NCBI GenBank assembly: GCA_032718475.1
Contig: JAUCBJ010006239.1
Location: 37,799 to 101,798, forward strand
Reading direction: 5' to 3'
DNA: 64,000 bases
Origin: Nemertoderma westbladi
Lineage: Eukaryota > Animalia > Xenacoelomorpha
How positions within the stretch are numbered: position 1 is the stretch's first letter; each line of letters begins with the position of its first letter. Under the pieces are notes generated by a model. The model was not told the origin of the DNA, did no database searches, and worked only from the letters and a program-made list of their open reading frames with translations. Position numbers and translations under genes: made by a program. Positions 13,601 through 25,800 of the stretch are shown here, piece after piece.

Positions 13601-16600
13601 CGTAGAATTTTTTGCACAAAAAATCGCAAATTTGTTCGCTGTTTCCTCCAACTTTGGTTCCAACAATTTAAACGGTGATTGGTATCGGCCATCTCCTGTG
13701 AACATTGCGCCTAAATAAATATAATGTGTACATAGCTTAATAGTAGTGCCGTTGTAAGTTATCGGCTCACAATCTGGTACGTTCCCATTAATGATGAAGA
13801 ATTTTGTCTTTTTATCATTTATTGATATGCCGTACAACTCACAATATTTGAATAAGGCTTACATCCACCGTGTCGACCCTTTGGTCTTTGGTAATTGATA
13901 CAACCTGTTTCACTGCATGTAGCTGTAAGGTAGAGGTTTGTATGGTCTTGTCTAAGTCAGTTACATCTGTGTCTGTAACAACGCAAGTCTGTTGGTGTAC
14001 TGACTGAACAGTAGGACTGTAGGAGAACAGTAGGATAATTCTCTAACATAGTAGTTGACAAACTATACGTACTCTGTACATCATCCTCCTGATCTCTTAC
14101 CTCTAGTGAATGCACAGGCGCTCTTGTATACCAACTTATGGGATTTCTACAAGAGTAAGGGTTGCCCACTGTTACCATAGATGGGCGTGTCTCCCATACT
14201 TGATGCAAGTTGAACTGGTCTGTCTCAATCAACATCACGATAGAGCGATAGTTAACTGGATATTCCGGTATTCTGAGATGTTGGAAATTCTCACAATCTT
14301 CTGGTGATTGCTCTGGCACAGGACCAAGTAAATTACTAAAGTCCTTGGTGGCCGCAAATGTAAGATTTCTTACTGGAAGTAATGAGCGTTCCTCTTTACT
14401 GTGCTCTGCCTTAGAAAGAAAAGTATCCAGGGTCAACTTTACTCTTGTAACGGGTATCGCCCTCTTACCGTACATGCTGCTTACAGTATACTGAGTACTC
14501 TTACCTTGACTCATATCAGTGACTACATCCGCCACCTTTTCGTCAATGTAGCTATGCGATGATGCAGAATCCAAGATAGCATAGATGCGCTTGCTTCCTC
14601 TGGTTCCAGTTATCTTAATGGGAATGACGCTAATCCCTTTTACCTGGTTCTGCGTGAAGAGAGTTATAGATGGCTGTTCATCCTCCCCCGCATGCAGATA
14701 GATTGTCTCATCCTCTGAGACTTCATCATCCGATGATCCTGATTGGTCAATGTAGTCAAAATAAAAGGTTTGAGCCTCCCTCGGTGCGCGTGCCTTGTAA
14801 TGGGCGTTACACTTAGCCGCTTTATCGGGATGTTCGCATCGAAAGCATTTGGTAGGAGTGTGGCTGGTTGTGTGGAGCAACGCATCATAGTTGCGTCCAC
14901 ATAAAGGACAAGTATCCTCACTCGGAAAGTCTTTTCGGACATGTCTGGGCATAGCACATCTCCAGCAAGAATCCAGTGGACGGATCTGTAGTCTCCTCTC
15001 CTCCATGCCAAGATCCCTGAAAGTGCAACAACAACGCAACTTGTGTTGGCTGTAGCATCTGCCATTCCTTTCGCAGAACTGGCATCCATCGAAGTTAGTA
15101 AACAACTGTTGGGATCCAATGGGTGTCAAAACCTTAGAAGTATCCGCCAGGGATTCATAGGTCATGGCCTTTGTTGTTGTTGGAAGCTGTTTGGTCCGAA
15201 CTGGTACTGCAATAGTGATCCCTTCTGCTGCTATATGATGGTCAGTATAGTTCGACCGTGTCTCCACTACCGCCTCTCGTGATATCATTTGGTAGAAATC
15301 CGTCTACTTTAATAATCCACCGGCCTCTTTGCACTGATGCTCTACCTTGCGCCATTCTCGACGCAGTTGAAGACGGAGCCTGCCGATAATTCTGATCAGA
15401 ATAGTCGGCACGTTGGCGTATTTTAATTGACCAATAAACCCCAATGTTCCTACAGCATTCTTCACCTCATCCACCAATCAAAGAAGATCTATGGGTTTAG
15501 AGATAGGTCCGCCTCTACAGAGGTCTTCTATTATGGATTTAGCCATTGCATCGTTACCACCGTATAAGTAAAAGAGACGGTTGTACGCTAGCTCGAATGG
15601 GTCCGGAACTCCAATGTTTCTGCTAACCTCTTTGGTTCCCTGAGAGTAGCTGTAGTAAGTAGTTAAACTTCTCCGTAGAGGTGAAAGCACACACGGCTAT
15701 TAGGGACTCGACATAGTCCACCAATGTAGTTCAATGTTTCGGGTTGCCTGAGAACTTCGGCGGTTGTTGTGCCGGAAATCCATATCTGGCCACAAACTTA
15801 GCGATCTCGTTGACAACATCCAACTGTCCACGTCCCTGTCTGCGTGACGTTCATCAATACATGACATAATCGATGTGATCATGTCTTTGAGGATTTGGGG
15901 TTTGCCGTACTTCTGGCTCTCGATAAGGTGGTCACTGTGGTTAAGGTTGAGTTTGCTCCAACTCCTCGCTGAATCACAATCAATCCGTAAGCAGCTTGAT
16001 TTGAGCCAACTGGTCCGCCACGGGTCGGATCATCTCGGTGAGTTGTCTAGCGCTCATAACCTCTACTGGTTGCGAGTAGGTTTCTGTATGGGTGTCTCAC
16101 GTCGGGGATTGTTGATATTTGGGTTCATCAATCTCTTCGGTACTCATTTGTAACTGCCTGCCGCTCCAATTCAGAATATCTCCCTTTCCGTGGACTTCGT
16201 GTTACTAGATGAGTTGCTGTCATCGGGATACCGTGGCTGTCAGGTTCGCATTCTATGTATTATTCTAGTTGGCCGCATTCGTTTCAGTTTGGCATCTACT
16301 GTTCTTCATCGCTTGGTAGGCTCGCAAGCCTTCCACGAAGTCATAGGTTACGATAAACATTAAGTGAGTGGTCTAGTAAATATGTCGGATTTAGGAGGTC
16401 TGTTGGTCTATAAAAAACGTTCGCACAGCATGTGACAGGTTTGACTGGAACCAGTTTACTCCCCTGTCTTAATGGCAAAAACGCAGGTTCATCTCTCTTG
16501 ACAAGTAAACTAAGGCTTACAGTAAGGGACTACTTGCCTTGCCTGCTAAAATCAGTGATGAAGTCGCTCGTGGCTGTGGAACTGATACCGGTATAACAAA

Positions 16601-17510
16601 CCTGTTACCTTGTGTTGCACGCACAGGAGATATTCACGAAGACACTTTACATCTATGATCGAATTTACTGGAGTCATCAACTTGAGCATAGGAATAACTT
16701 GGGGAAATTGTTGACCATTGTCCTCCACAAAATCCTCTCCTCTCTCTATCGCTCCTATATTTCCTTCCTCTATCCTATATCCGCGCTATATCCTCCACTA
16801 ATTTCTGAATTTCTGACTTTTCAAATTTGGCTTGGGCCTGGAGTTGAGCAATTTTCGCTTTATCCTCCCTACGTTGTCTCTCTCCCTCGACAATAGCCTG
16901 CGCCGTCAGTAGTTGCGCTTCTTACTTGGCGACCTGTTGTTGATGTGCGATCTCCTGTTGTTGTTGAATAATAATCGTTGATGTTGTCCGACTAACATCA
17001 TCAGCCTTGCTCCACATGCTGACGAACGATCTATCCATGTGTATATTTTGGTAGGCTTGCAAGCCTTCCATAGTGAGAACTACTGTCGTCCCTCCTGGTA
17101 CAACTTCCGGATCGTCGATCGGTACACCACAACTACGGAGAAAGTCAGTAAGGCAATCCCATCCAGGCAATATAGTTCTTCTTCCTCTTCGGGTTGTAAC
17201 AACGCGTCAGAGACTGACTCACCTAACAGCTGGTCGAGTTGTTCCCTTTGAATCGATCCTACAATCAACATAAACTGAATGAGACTTTCTCTAGCACTTA
17301 CCAATTTTTCTACTATTTTTATCTGGGTAAAATTGTCACCACGTAACTCCGCTATTTCGTGTAAACTCTGGAGTTTATTTACGGAGGTATGTACCCTACT
17401 TTCTACTCTTACCTTTAGGGCCTTAAAACTCATATCTCGACATCGGACCGGTTAGCTTGCGCACAATGAGAAAACCTTCTCCGATATTTCGACTAATTTG
17501 AGCCATGTGT
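10657..17510 (-). mobile_element. Degenerate BEL/Pao gag-pol (gag, Zn knuckles, protease, RT, RNase H), truncated before integrase
   Basis: Protease YAILDSASSHSYI; RT YLPPHF..HPDKPGK, CDVEDMFLQV, FGARDSP, KVLGLSWDP; YDPLCFISP; RNase H LHSFSDASKDG; CPGKLNPADIVSRG near 10730-10770. LTRs not identified. Confidence 0.92.
12532..13859 (-). mobile_element. 5'-truncated non-LTR retrotransposon (RTEX-like) nested in the BEL element
   Basis: RT thumb (YIYLG) and C-terminal RLMSHRLAVETGRW...C.C...DETHVLLHCP zinc finger. 3' end AATAAA + (CTA)n. Imperfect TSD TACATCCACCATTGTCGA (12514-12531) / TACATCCACCGTGTCGA (13860-13876). Confidence 0.88.
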
Positions 17511-19165
17511 CCTCCTATACTCCTAATAATGTTCTCCTGGCTTCCAGTTTAACTTACATGTCTGGCTCCCGCGATCTGGTTTGCGGGACAGTAGGAAGTC
17601 ATTGGTTTTACCGTTGCCTCACGCTATGGCTTTCAGTATTTCCGTTGGTGGTACCAGTGACGCATGTGGTTTAGCATTGGTAGAATCGTGAGTCCTCCTC
17701 CTTGGTTCATCCACTGTCGATCTGTCTGCGCCACACGAGTAGTTGGGTGTCTCGATGAGTATGGTATGTCACTCATGTCAGTATTACATACGTCAAATAA
17801 ATGTAATAAATGTCAAAATATTGAAATGTCAAACTTACCTTGGTATATATATATATATATATCTTGAACGACACCATAAGGCCATGATATATACAGATGT
17901 GGCCTTTGTATGAAATTTGATTTATATCGGGGCCATGTAGTGTAAATTGTGGCAGTAGTGCGTAACGCCTATATGGTCATGTGGCTATTGTGACAGAGGC
18001 CGGATATTATTAAAATTAAGAAATTTTTTGATTGATTTTACATAAATTTTGTGAGTCAGAAATATATCACAAATTAGATTATTCGTACATTTATGATACT
18101 TAACGTGTAAAAGTAAGCAGAAATAATTTATCGATCATGCTTATTTTTAGCTTATTATGCTTGTATTGTTAATGTTTCGATGTATAAAGTGGTCATTGCC
18201 ACGACCTAATACTGTATTATTTAAATTCTTGGTTAACTAACTATTATTAGGGACTTATAACATCTGTTTATCTTTCAAATAATTAATAAACAACTTCATT
18301 TTTCAATTACAGACCCATTTTTACAGCCATTTAAATATTGCGGGACGAAACGCCCTAGAATACCTAGATCCATAACGCCTGTTACGCCCATTATCCAAAT
18401 TATTATCCGACGAAATACCCGTTATCGAATTACTGACACTGATGCCGGTCAGTCACAATCTAATACTAAGTCCTCCTAAAGGGGGCGGCGAGCAATGAGA
18501 AATGCAAATAAATTGTCTAAGCACTAATTTTAATTATTATTAAATTTAAAAGAATTAGAATAAAAAGGCACAAAGAATTGAATTATTAAGAAGATAGGCC
18601 TAACTAAACTATATGATTAAAATACAAAGACAATTAGATTCCAAGAATCAAATATTTCGGGGATGGTTCTATAACTCTGAAAAACTAAACTAAATACTGT
18701 GACTTGGAATTATTTGTTTTTAATCATTTCTAAATCATATTTTTATATAAGATAATTGATTTCAAATCGGAAGACAGCTTGGTGAGATATTATTGACACT
18801 TCTCGAGTTGTGGCTGTTAGACTCATTCACACATAGAAAGTGAATTCAGAAATTAAATCAGAGACTTGAAAAAATAGTTAGCGCGTTTTCTTAGACAAAC
18901 GTTATTGTTGGAAATATGTCATGAAATAAACCTTCTTACACCAATTGTTTTCAAAACAATAACATGCTAAAAATTTGTTTTTTTAACATACATAGTGAGT
19001 GCATATGATTACAAATAAATGTGTACAGAGAAAATTTCTAAAATGAAAAAAATTGTCAATAATATTTTTAAAAAATATATTTTTTGCATATAATTTGAAA
19101 AAGGTATTCACATTTTATTTTTATTTTTTACCCTCCTTCAAGGAAATATAAAATTATGTGTGTAC

Positions 19166-19577
19166 TAGTGTTTAAACGGGATCAGACTTTTCGGGATTTC
19201 CGGGATCGGGACCGGGATTACCACCCTCGGGATCCCGATTTTCGGGATCGGGATTGCAATTTGAATTCAATTTTCTTAAAAGTTTTCAGTATATCTGGAG
19301 TTGTTTGTACAAAATGGGTTTTTACTCAAATATTTGTAATATAAAGTTATAGTAAAATTAATTCATTGTTGATTACTGGATGGTTTACTATGACGAAATA
19401 CAAATTCGTTACAAAAATAATATTTTGTTCTGGTTCAATATTCATATAATATTCAACAATTTTACTTCACTATTTATACTTCGGGGATCCCGTTCCATAA
19501 AAGTTGGGATCGGGACCGGGATACAATTTTTCGCCGGGATCCCGATTTTTCGGGATCGGGATCCCGTTCAAACACTA
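19166..19577. mobile_element. hAT-type MITE (412 bp)
   Basis: TIRs TAGTGTTTAAACGGGATC / GATCCCGTTCAAACACTA, perfect 8-bp TSD GTGTGTAC, many subterminal CGGGAT motifs. Confidence 0.92.
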
Positions 19578-19634
19578 GTGTGTACATCTTATTTGGACAC
19601 AAACTGAGAATTCATTCACAACTTGATGACCAAT

Positions 19635-19905
19635 TTCAGCCATTGTAAAATATACCAGACTTTCTGCCGTTATATTTCACTTTCCAGTTTACCCCAATGT
19701 GAAGACATAGTGAAAAATGTTTTTCACTAAAAATACAGGTTACAGAAGGGCTGAATCTAACCAAAACAATAAACGATTTAGTATATGTACAACAGGTTAT
19801 AAGACTGAAATGAGTGCAAAAAACACTTAAGGATTTTAAAAAATACAAATTCTTCAAATATAAAATTACAATATAATTTCGACCGAAAAGTGAAAACCTG
19901 GTATT
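19635..19905. repeat. Dispersed repeat that is the insertion target of the 16.3-kb BEL element; continues at 36244; inverted relatives at ~50130-50200 and ~50715-50880
   Basis: Empty-site sequence AAACCTGGTATTCTTCAC is present uninterrupted as the reverse complement at ~50718-50735. Confidence 0.8.
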
Positions 19906-20880
19906 TGTCAACGGCGGTTTGCCGATGTTGGTCCACAGGCAAATTGGCGCTGTGTTTTTATTATCATTAATGTAAAAAACCAAGATAATTTGTTTATAGA
20001 TAGATTGCCCTACCACATGAGATGAAATGTCTACATTTTATACTGTATTTTCCTCCAGTTATAACTTTGAGTATAGTTATACTGTATATGTATACTTTCT
20101 TTATACAGTCTGACCGTGTCAGTCTGCATTCATTAACTTTATACATACTTTGTACAGTCTGACCGTGTCAGTCTGCATGCATTAACTTTATACATACTTT
20201 GTACAGTCTGACCGTGTCAGTCTGCATTCTTTACTTTATACATACTTTGTACAGTCTGACCGTGTCAGTCTGCAGTCATCACTTTCAATTGCCCGTCTGA
20301 CCGTGTCAGTCAACCTTTACTTGTGATAGCGGTACCGTGTACCGTGTACAGCTCAAGGATGGATTATTGGGGCATTTGAAATTCTGAAACACAGCGTTTG
20401 TAGGGTCCAAACCCCTACAAACTGTTATCTCGCCCTACTTTCGGATATATTTCAATATTCCACAGTTCCAAGATTTCTAATGCTGTAATGTTGACCTACA
20501 GTTTGGTTGTTGATGTTGGTGCTTATTGCTATAGACCTATTGCCGATATTATTGAACCACAATAATTATTACTGGAGACAGCTCCTAGGTTGGGGGCCGA
20601 TTATTATCAATCCGGTGAGTTTTTGGAGTTATTTATAAACCTCTTGGGTATAACCTAATTAAAGCTTGATATCATAATAACCTCCCACGTTAGATAGGCC
20701 TAGGTAGCAAGTTCATTGACCTCAATTATAGACACCATTTATCCGTTTGTGAGCGAGATAGTTTTCTCGAATTCAAGTTACAACGCCCATGACAGCATGA
20801 CCCCCTTTATTGTGTAATCGCAGCCATGCAAAGTCGTTCCATCCTTCTGAGAAATCACATTGTTAAAATCGACTTTGACA
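19906..20880 (+). repeat. 5' LTR (975 bp), containing ~4 tandem ~50-bp repeats with the palindrome CTGAC-CGT-GTCAG (20105-20310)
   Basis: Near-identical to 35269-36243. Confidence 0.98.
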
Positions 20881-20894
20881 TTTCAGAATTTCAA
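20881..20894 (+). promoter_or_regulatory. Non-canonical primer-binding site, complementary to LTR positions 20376-20389
   Basis: TTTCAGAATTTCAA is the exact reverse complement of TTGAAATTCTGAAA. No TGG. Confidence 0.65.
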
Positions 20895-21797
20895 TTTTTC
20901 ACAGTCTTTGCTTGTCATTCGTATAGTTCTATATCGGTATAGTGGCCTATAGATCTATGCATCACTAGGCCTAGGCCAGTCTGCCAGTAGGCCTACTAAT
21001 AATTTTTATACCCAAAATTTGCATTGGAATTAATTTTCTCCATATTTTGTAGACCTACCGTTACTATACCTGTATACTGCCATATGTTGTTAAATGGTAG
21101 TACAGTGGTAGGCTACATGGTATCTATCTCAATATTATACTGATATACCCTACTTCACTACTTGTCAGCTTGTATGACGTAGGGTAGGCCTGGTTATATC
21201 TGTATATGGCTTACTAGAGTTATACTGTTATACCGGTGCTAACAAAACTAACTGCCAGACTGCCTACCTGTAATCAAGTAGGCCTACCGTATATACCGGT
21301 AATTACTGTAATTATCTGGCCTATATACTTTATATAGGCATACCGGTACAGTATTTGACATACAAGCATACAGACAGAGTTCAGAGTTGAGCTTTGCAGT
21401 CTCCATGGTTCGTTAGTTGTGGGATCTTCCTCACTTCTAGCAGATCACAGGAGCAGTTCTGTAGTGGTAGTGCACCCAAGTCGGTGTGTGTCTGTCTGCT
21501 GGTCTGTGAATTTATGAATTTAATTCATTACAAATTCCGAAAATTCAATATTTATTATATAAATATATATATATATACCGGTCCCAGTTTATAATAAATT
21601 TGTACCGGTAATTTAATTCCAAAATTTCTACCTGTCTGATAGTCTAATAGTACTACTGAAAGTGTAACAGCTACAGCAGTAGGCCTACAACAAATGTATA
21701 TATATCAGTATAGGCCTACTGGTAAATAAATTTATACCTGTCAGCCTGCAGTTCCCTCAGCATAATACCATATCATTCTGTTCCTATTTAATATAAA

Positions 21798-22835
21798 ATG
21801 AGTACCCAATCCACACACAGTAAGAAAGGTATGAAATCTACACAAAGCAAGGAGAATGTAGACCAAGATAGTACACTCAGTGGTAACCTTTCACAGGCAC
21901 AATCAGATTCTTATCTTGGAGGAGCTACTTCCCAAGATTCGAAGGAAATTTTGACTAGTCTGAATGCATTAGGTATTTCCACCACTTCTTTAGAAGGGGA
22001 AGGTTGGCGTAGAGTGGTTGGTGGTCTTTTTAGTCGTTTCACACGTCGTGTAAATGAGATCCTGAAAATTTTGGAAGATCAAACTGCTCAAGTGGATCCT
22101 GAATCTGTTAAGGGGTTTCCAGATGAAATTCAAATAATAATAGACAAACGGAAGCATCTAAGTTATACATTGCGTAGGTTTGCCATTTTATCAGCACGTG
22201 AACCGCTTCGGCTATATCTAGAACAGTCAGATACTTTGTTTAATGAGTTAGTCGAACATTTTCAAACTTTGGTAGCACCAGTTTATTGTCCACAGGTTGA
22301 TATTTCAGTCAATAAGGTTGCAGACTTAACACTTTGCCCAGATGACAGTATTTCTCAGACTTCATCAAATTCCCAGAGGAGTCAGGCTAGTTCTACAGTG
22401 CGTGCCCGAATCGAGGCTGAGCGCAAATTAGATGCAGAGAAATTGGAACGAGTGAAGAAGTTAGCAAACCTAAAATTAAAGCAGGCTGCTACCCAGATAA
22501 AAGCGCAAGAGGAGATAAATGCTACATTGGATGAAATTGCCCAACGGGAGACTGTGCGAATCACTGAGCTCAGTTCACCATCATCTCATTCCAACCACAC
22601 ATCAGAACAAAGGTGTCAATCTCCAGTCTCACAACCTTTGGAATTCAATCCATTACTGTCCTCTACACAGGTGCAAAATCCCATGAAGGCAAATATGGAT
22701 CCATCAGTACAGCCAATGTCAGTTCAACCACCAAATCATACACCACGTGTGCCATTAAATCCCAATGTGAACCCCTTCCCACCATTGAAGCTCCAACAAC
22801 AAGGGGTGCGGGTGCTAGGGGAGGGAGGGTGGTAG
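21798..22835 (+). CDS. N-terminal part of BEL/Pao Gag (coiled-coil, LNPNVNPF motif), running into foreign sequence at ~22800
   Basis: 345-aa ORF after the leader: S-rich segment, then coiled coil (RARIEAERKL...), as in BEL Gag N-termini. Same frame as the downstream polyprotein. Confidence 0.8.
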   Translation: MSTQSTHSKKGMKSTQSKENVDQDSTLSGNLSQAQSDSYLGGATSQDSKEILTSLNALGISTTSLEGEGWRRVVGGLFSRFTRRVNEILKILEDQTAQVDPESVKGFPDEIQIIIDKRKHLSYTLRRFAILSAREPLRLYLEQSDTLFNELVEHFQTLVAPVYCPQVDISVNKVADLTLCPDDSISQTSSNSQRSQASSTVRARIEAERKLDAEKLERVKKLANLKLKQAATQIKAQEEINATLDEIAQRETVRITELSSPSSHSNHTSEQRCQSPVSQPLEFNPLLSSTQVQNPMKANMDPSVQPMSVQPPNHTPRVPLNPNVNPFPPLKLQQQGVRVLGEGGW

Positions 22836-25800
22836 ACATAGAGGAGGGGGGGGGGGGGGGGGTGGGTGATCGGTATAGAAACTGAGGAATAGAAAATCCA
22901 GCAGCAATAGAGGAAAATCAGCCTCTCCCACCTCTCTTGATACTCCCCAAATTCTTACACAAATATCGCATTACTGTATTAGTACATAGAACCACACTCA
23001 TGTCTGCCAGTCCATGTTACTGTGTTTGTCTTAGTAGTAGTCTCAAATTTCCCGCCTTGTAACGTCAGTTTGCGGTGGCTTAATTAACTCTTAATAATTT
23101 CATCATTAAGATTATTTGTTTTATAATAATTAATATCTTATTTATATTATTAAAAAAAACAAATAAGCAATAATCATATATATTATTACATTATCAGTAC
23201 TTTAATAGGAACACAGGGTATATCCATTATCGATTCTGTACACCAAATATGCATCCCAAACATCATAAACCTAATACAGTAGGTTATTAACATTATTAAT
23301 ATTATTACTGATCGGAAATTCCGCAATAATTAATTTTACCCATAACAACTATTAATGTACTGTACCAACATACAGCACCACAAGTTTGCTGCCTAGGGCC
23401 TATACCTACTATATAATATTCGGCTGTGCCATCTTTCAGTAACATTTACGATGTCAGTATAATATCAAAGCTGTAAAAAAATTAATATTATGATGAAACA
23501 TATATGTTTCACAAACAATTCGAATTCACAAACAATTTTAATATTGGACTAGACTGTGAAGTTCTGTTCATATAAGAGTGCGATTTAAATGGAATTGTTG
23601 GAAACTGAAATCCACAATTTACTAATTGTTAGGCCGAAAATAAGGAGGGGAGGGGGGGGGGGTGGTAGAATTCCTTATTAGAGATTAGCCCCAATGTCCC
23701 TCTCGTCAACCCAAGGTGTTGACGGGACATTGGGGATCTTGTTTAGTACCAAAAATATTTCAAATTTTATTTAAACCCAACAAAAAAATAAAATATCAAA
23801 AAATGAAAACTAAATTTTACTGTTTAACAAAATATATACTTGGTTAATATTACTGTAAGTATTTGCATTAAAATAAAAAATTTATTTGCATAATTATCAC
23901 AAAAGCAACTTTATATCTTTGCTTTTGTAAATACGCTAAAAGATATCAGTATTTCTACAAAATGCAAAATAATTTATTAAACAAATTTTAATTATGAAAT
24001 ATAACAATATATTTATGGTATATAGCTATAGCTGTTTATACTATTAATATATTTACATAATAATAAATATTATTATTATTTAGTATAATATATTAAAGAT
24101 TCAATACTAAATTGTGAATTTAATTTGTTCAATTAATAAAATAATTTCTGCACATGGCAATATACCGTAGGACCACAAATAATTAATACATGGGCATACA
24201 TTTAAACCAATACGACGTCATAAATGTTAACACAGTAACTGAATATAGGCACAGGTTATCTATAAGTCAATCGATAGACAATAACAAAATTAAAAAGCAT
24301 TAAATAACGCGGTGGTTTGGTATCCCTACCCGGATGCGGTTTGGATGAAACGAAGACATGAAAGTTAAAAACTCAACGAACCAAAGCGTGTCTGGTCGAC
24401 TGATAGACACCGAACCACTCGCGAATTTAAACTGGGGATCCCAACTCGCTCCAGAACGCAACCCATAATAACTCATCGCTTGCTGTTGCATTGAATTGCT
24501 CTACCGCAGTTGACCCACGAAAGTTTTGCACTTTGTATTTCAGTATTTCATGCCGCTGATTCTAGAGCCTAAGATTTCATCCGGTAAACGTTGCAATTTC
24601 CAGAAACCACGCACTGTAATCGTACCGATACCACGAAGTCTCTTTAGTTTCACATGCATGTTTGCTTTTAGCGAAGTCCTGCTTACGTATACGTACAATG
24701 CGATTGGAACTACCAGTAGTTTTCCCACCGGATTCGAGCAGTAGGTGCACTTTTGCATCTTTCAGCATTGCGTCGGAGAAACGAGGCGAAGGGCCGGAAG
24801 TCGCGATGATAGAGTTCCGGTATGACCCTCTCTCGACCTTGGCCGTCGAGAGATATGCGAGAATGTTATCGCAAACGTGCTGGCACCCAGTCCGCCAGTT
24901 TGTGTCATCAACGTTGAAGACTCAGCAGTCATCTATATGCAGAAGGAGACGATTCGTTAGGATAAGCTGCAAGTGATCCCCACCTCATAGGGATCCTCGG
25001 ATATAAGGATTACAGGATTACAACTTCCGAACTTGAAGTTTAGAACTGCAGTAGGCCTATAATGCAGGCAGATTGTCTCATGCGTTTACTAAAATCCTGA
25101 GGTTATTAGCCAAATGGGTGAATGTGGATTGGTTAGGCCTACTGAAAGAACATGAGAAAACAAAAATGCTAGGCCTAGTACAATCACAGTATTAGGCTCA
25201 CTAAAAATTAACAAATAATAAATGAAATACTGAAATAGGCCTAAATTTAATTATACAACAACCGTCAGACCATACCTGCTGCCTGCATACAGCCGTACCA
25301 AACCTGATAACATGCAGACAAGCCTAGAATACAAGTGAAATGTATAGTAGGCAGGTAGGCCTACTGTCAGACTGTAGTAAGGCCTGTGAAAGTACGGGCG
25401 GTGGTACGCTACTGCTGTACTGCAGTACTGCAGCAGGCGTCCCAGTGGAGGGGCAGACCGGTATATAAAATCCAACACTACCGGTAATTGCTACACAGCC
25501 AGCTGTGAGTTCATTATTCTTGCCCAAGGCGCCTTGTCCCTGCCTCACACTACAAAAAGTGTTGCCGTCGCTAGGATACAAATTATCTGTTATTGGTTAG
25601 AGCTGTACCATTAGTTGGCTTTGGTTGTGTTTGATGTAGGCCATCATGTTATGATATTCAAATGGATTGATGGAGGGAATTTCAAAATGGTCAAATAATA
25701 CAACAATAATGAAATTTTTAATATGATGTGCAATTATAAAAATCGCTGTAACTCTGGTGCAACACGACCGTATTCGATGAAATTTTCATTGTTACGTACG

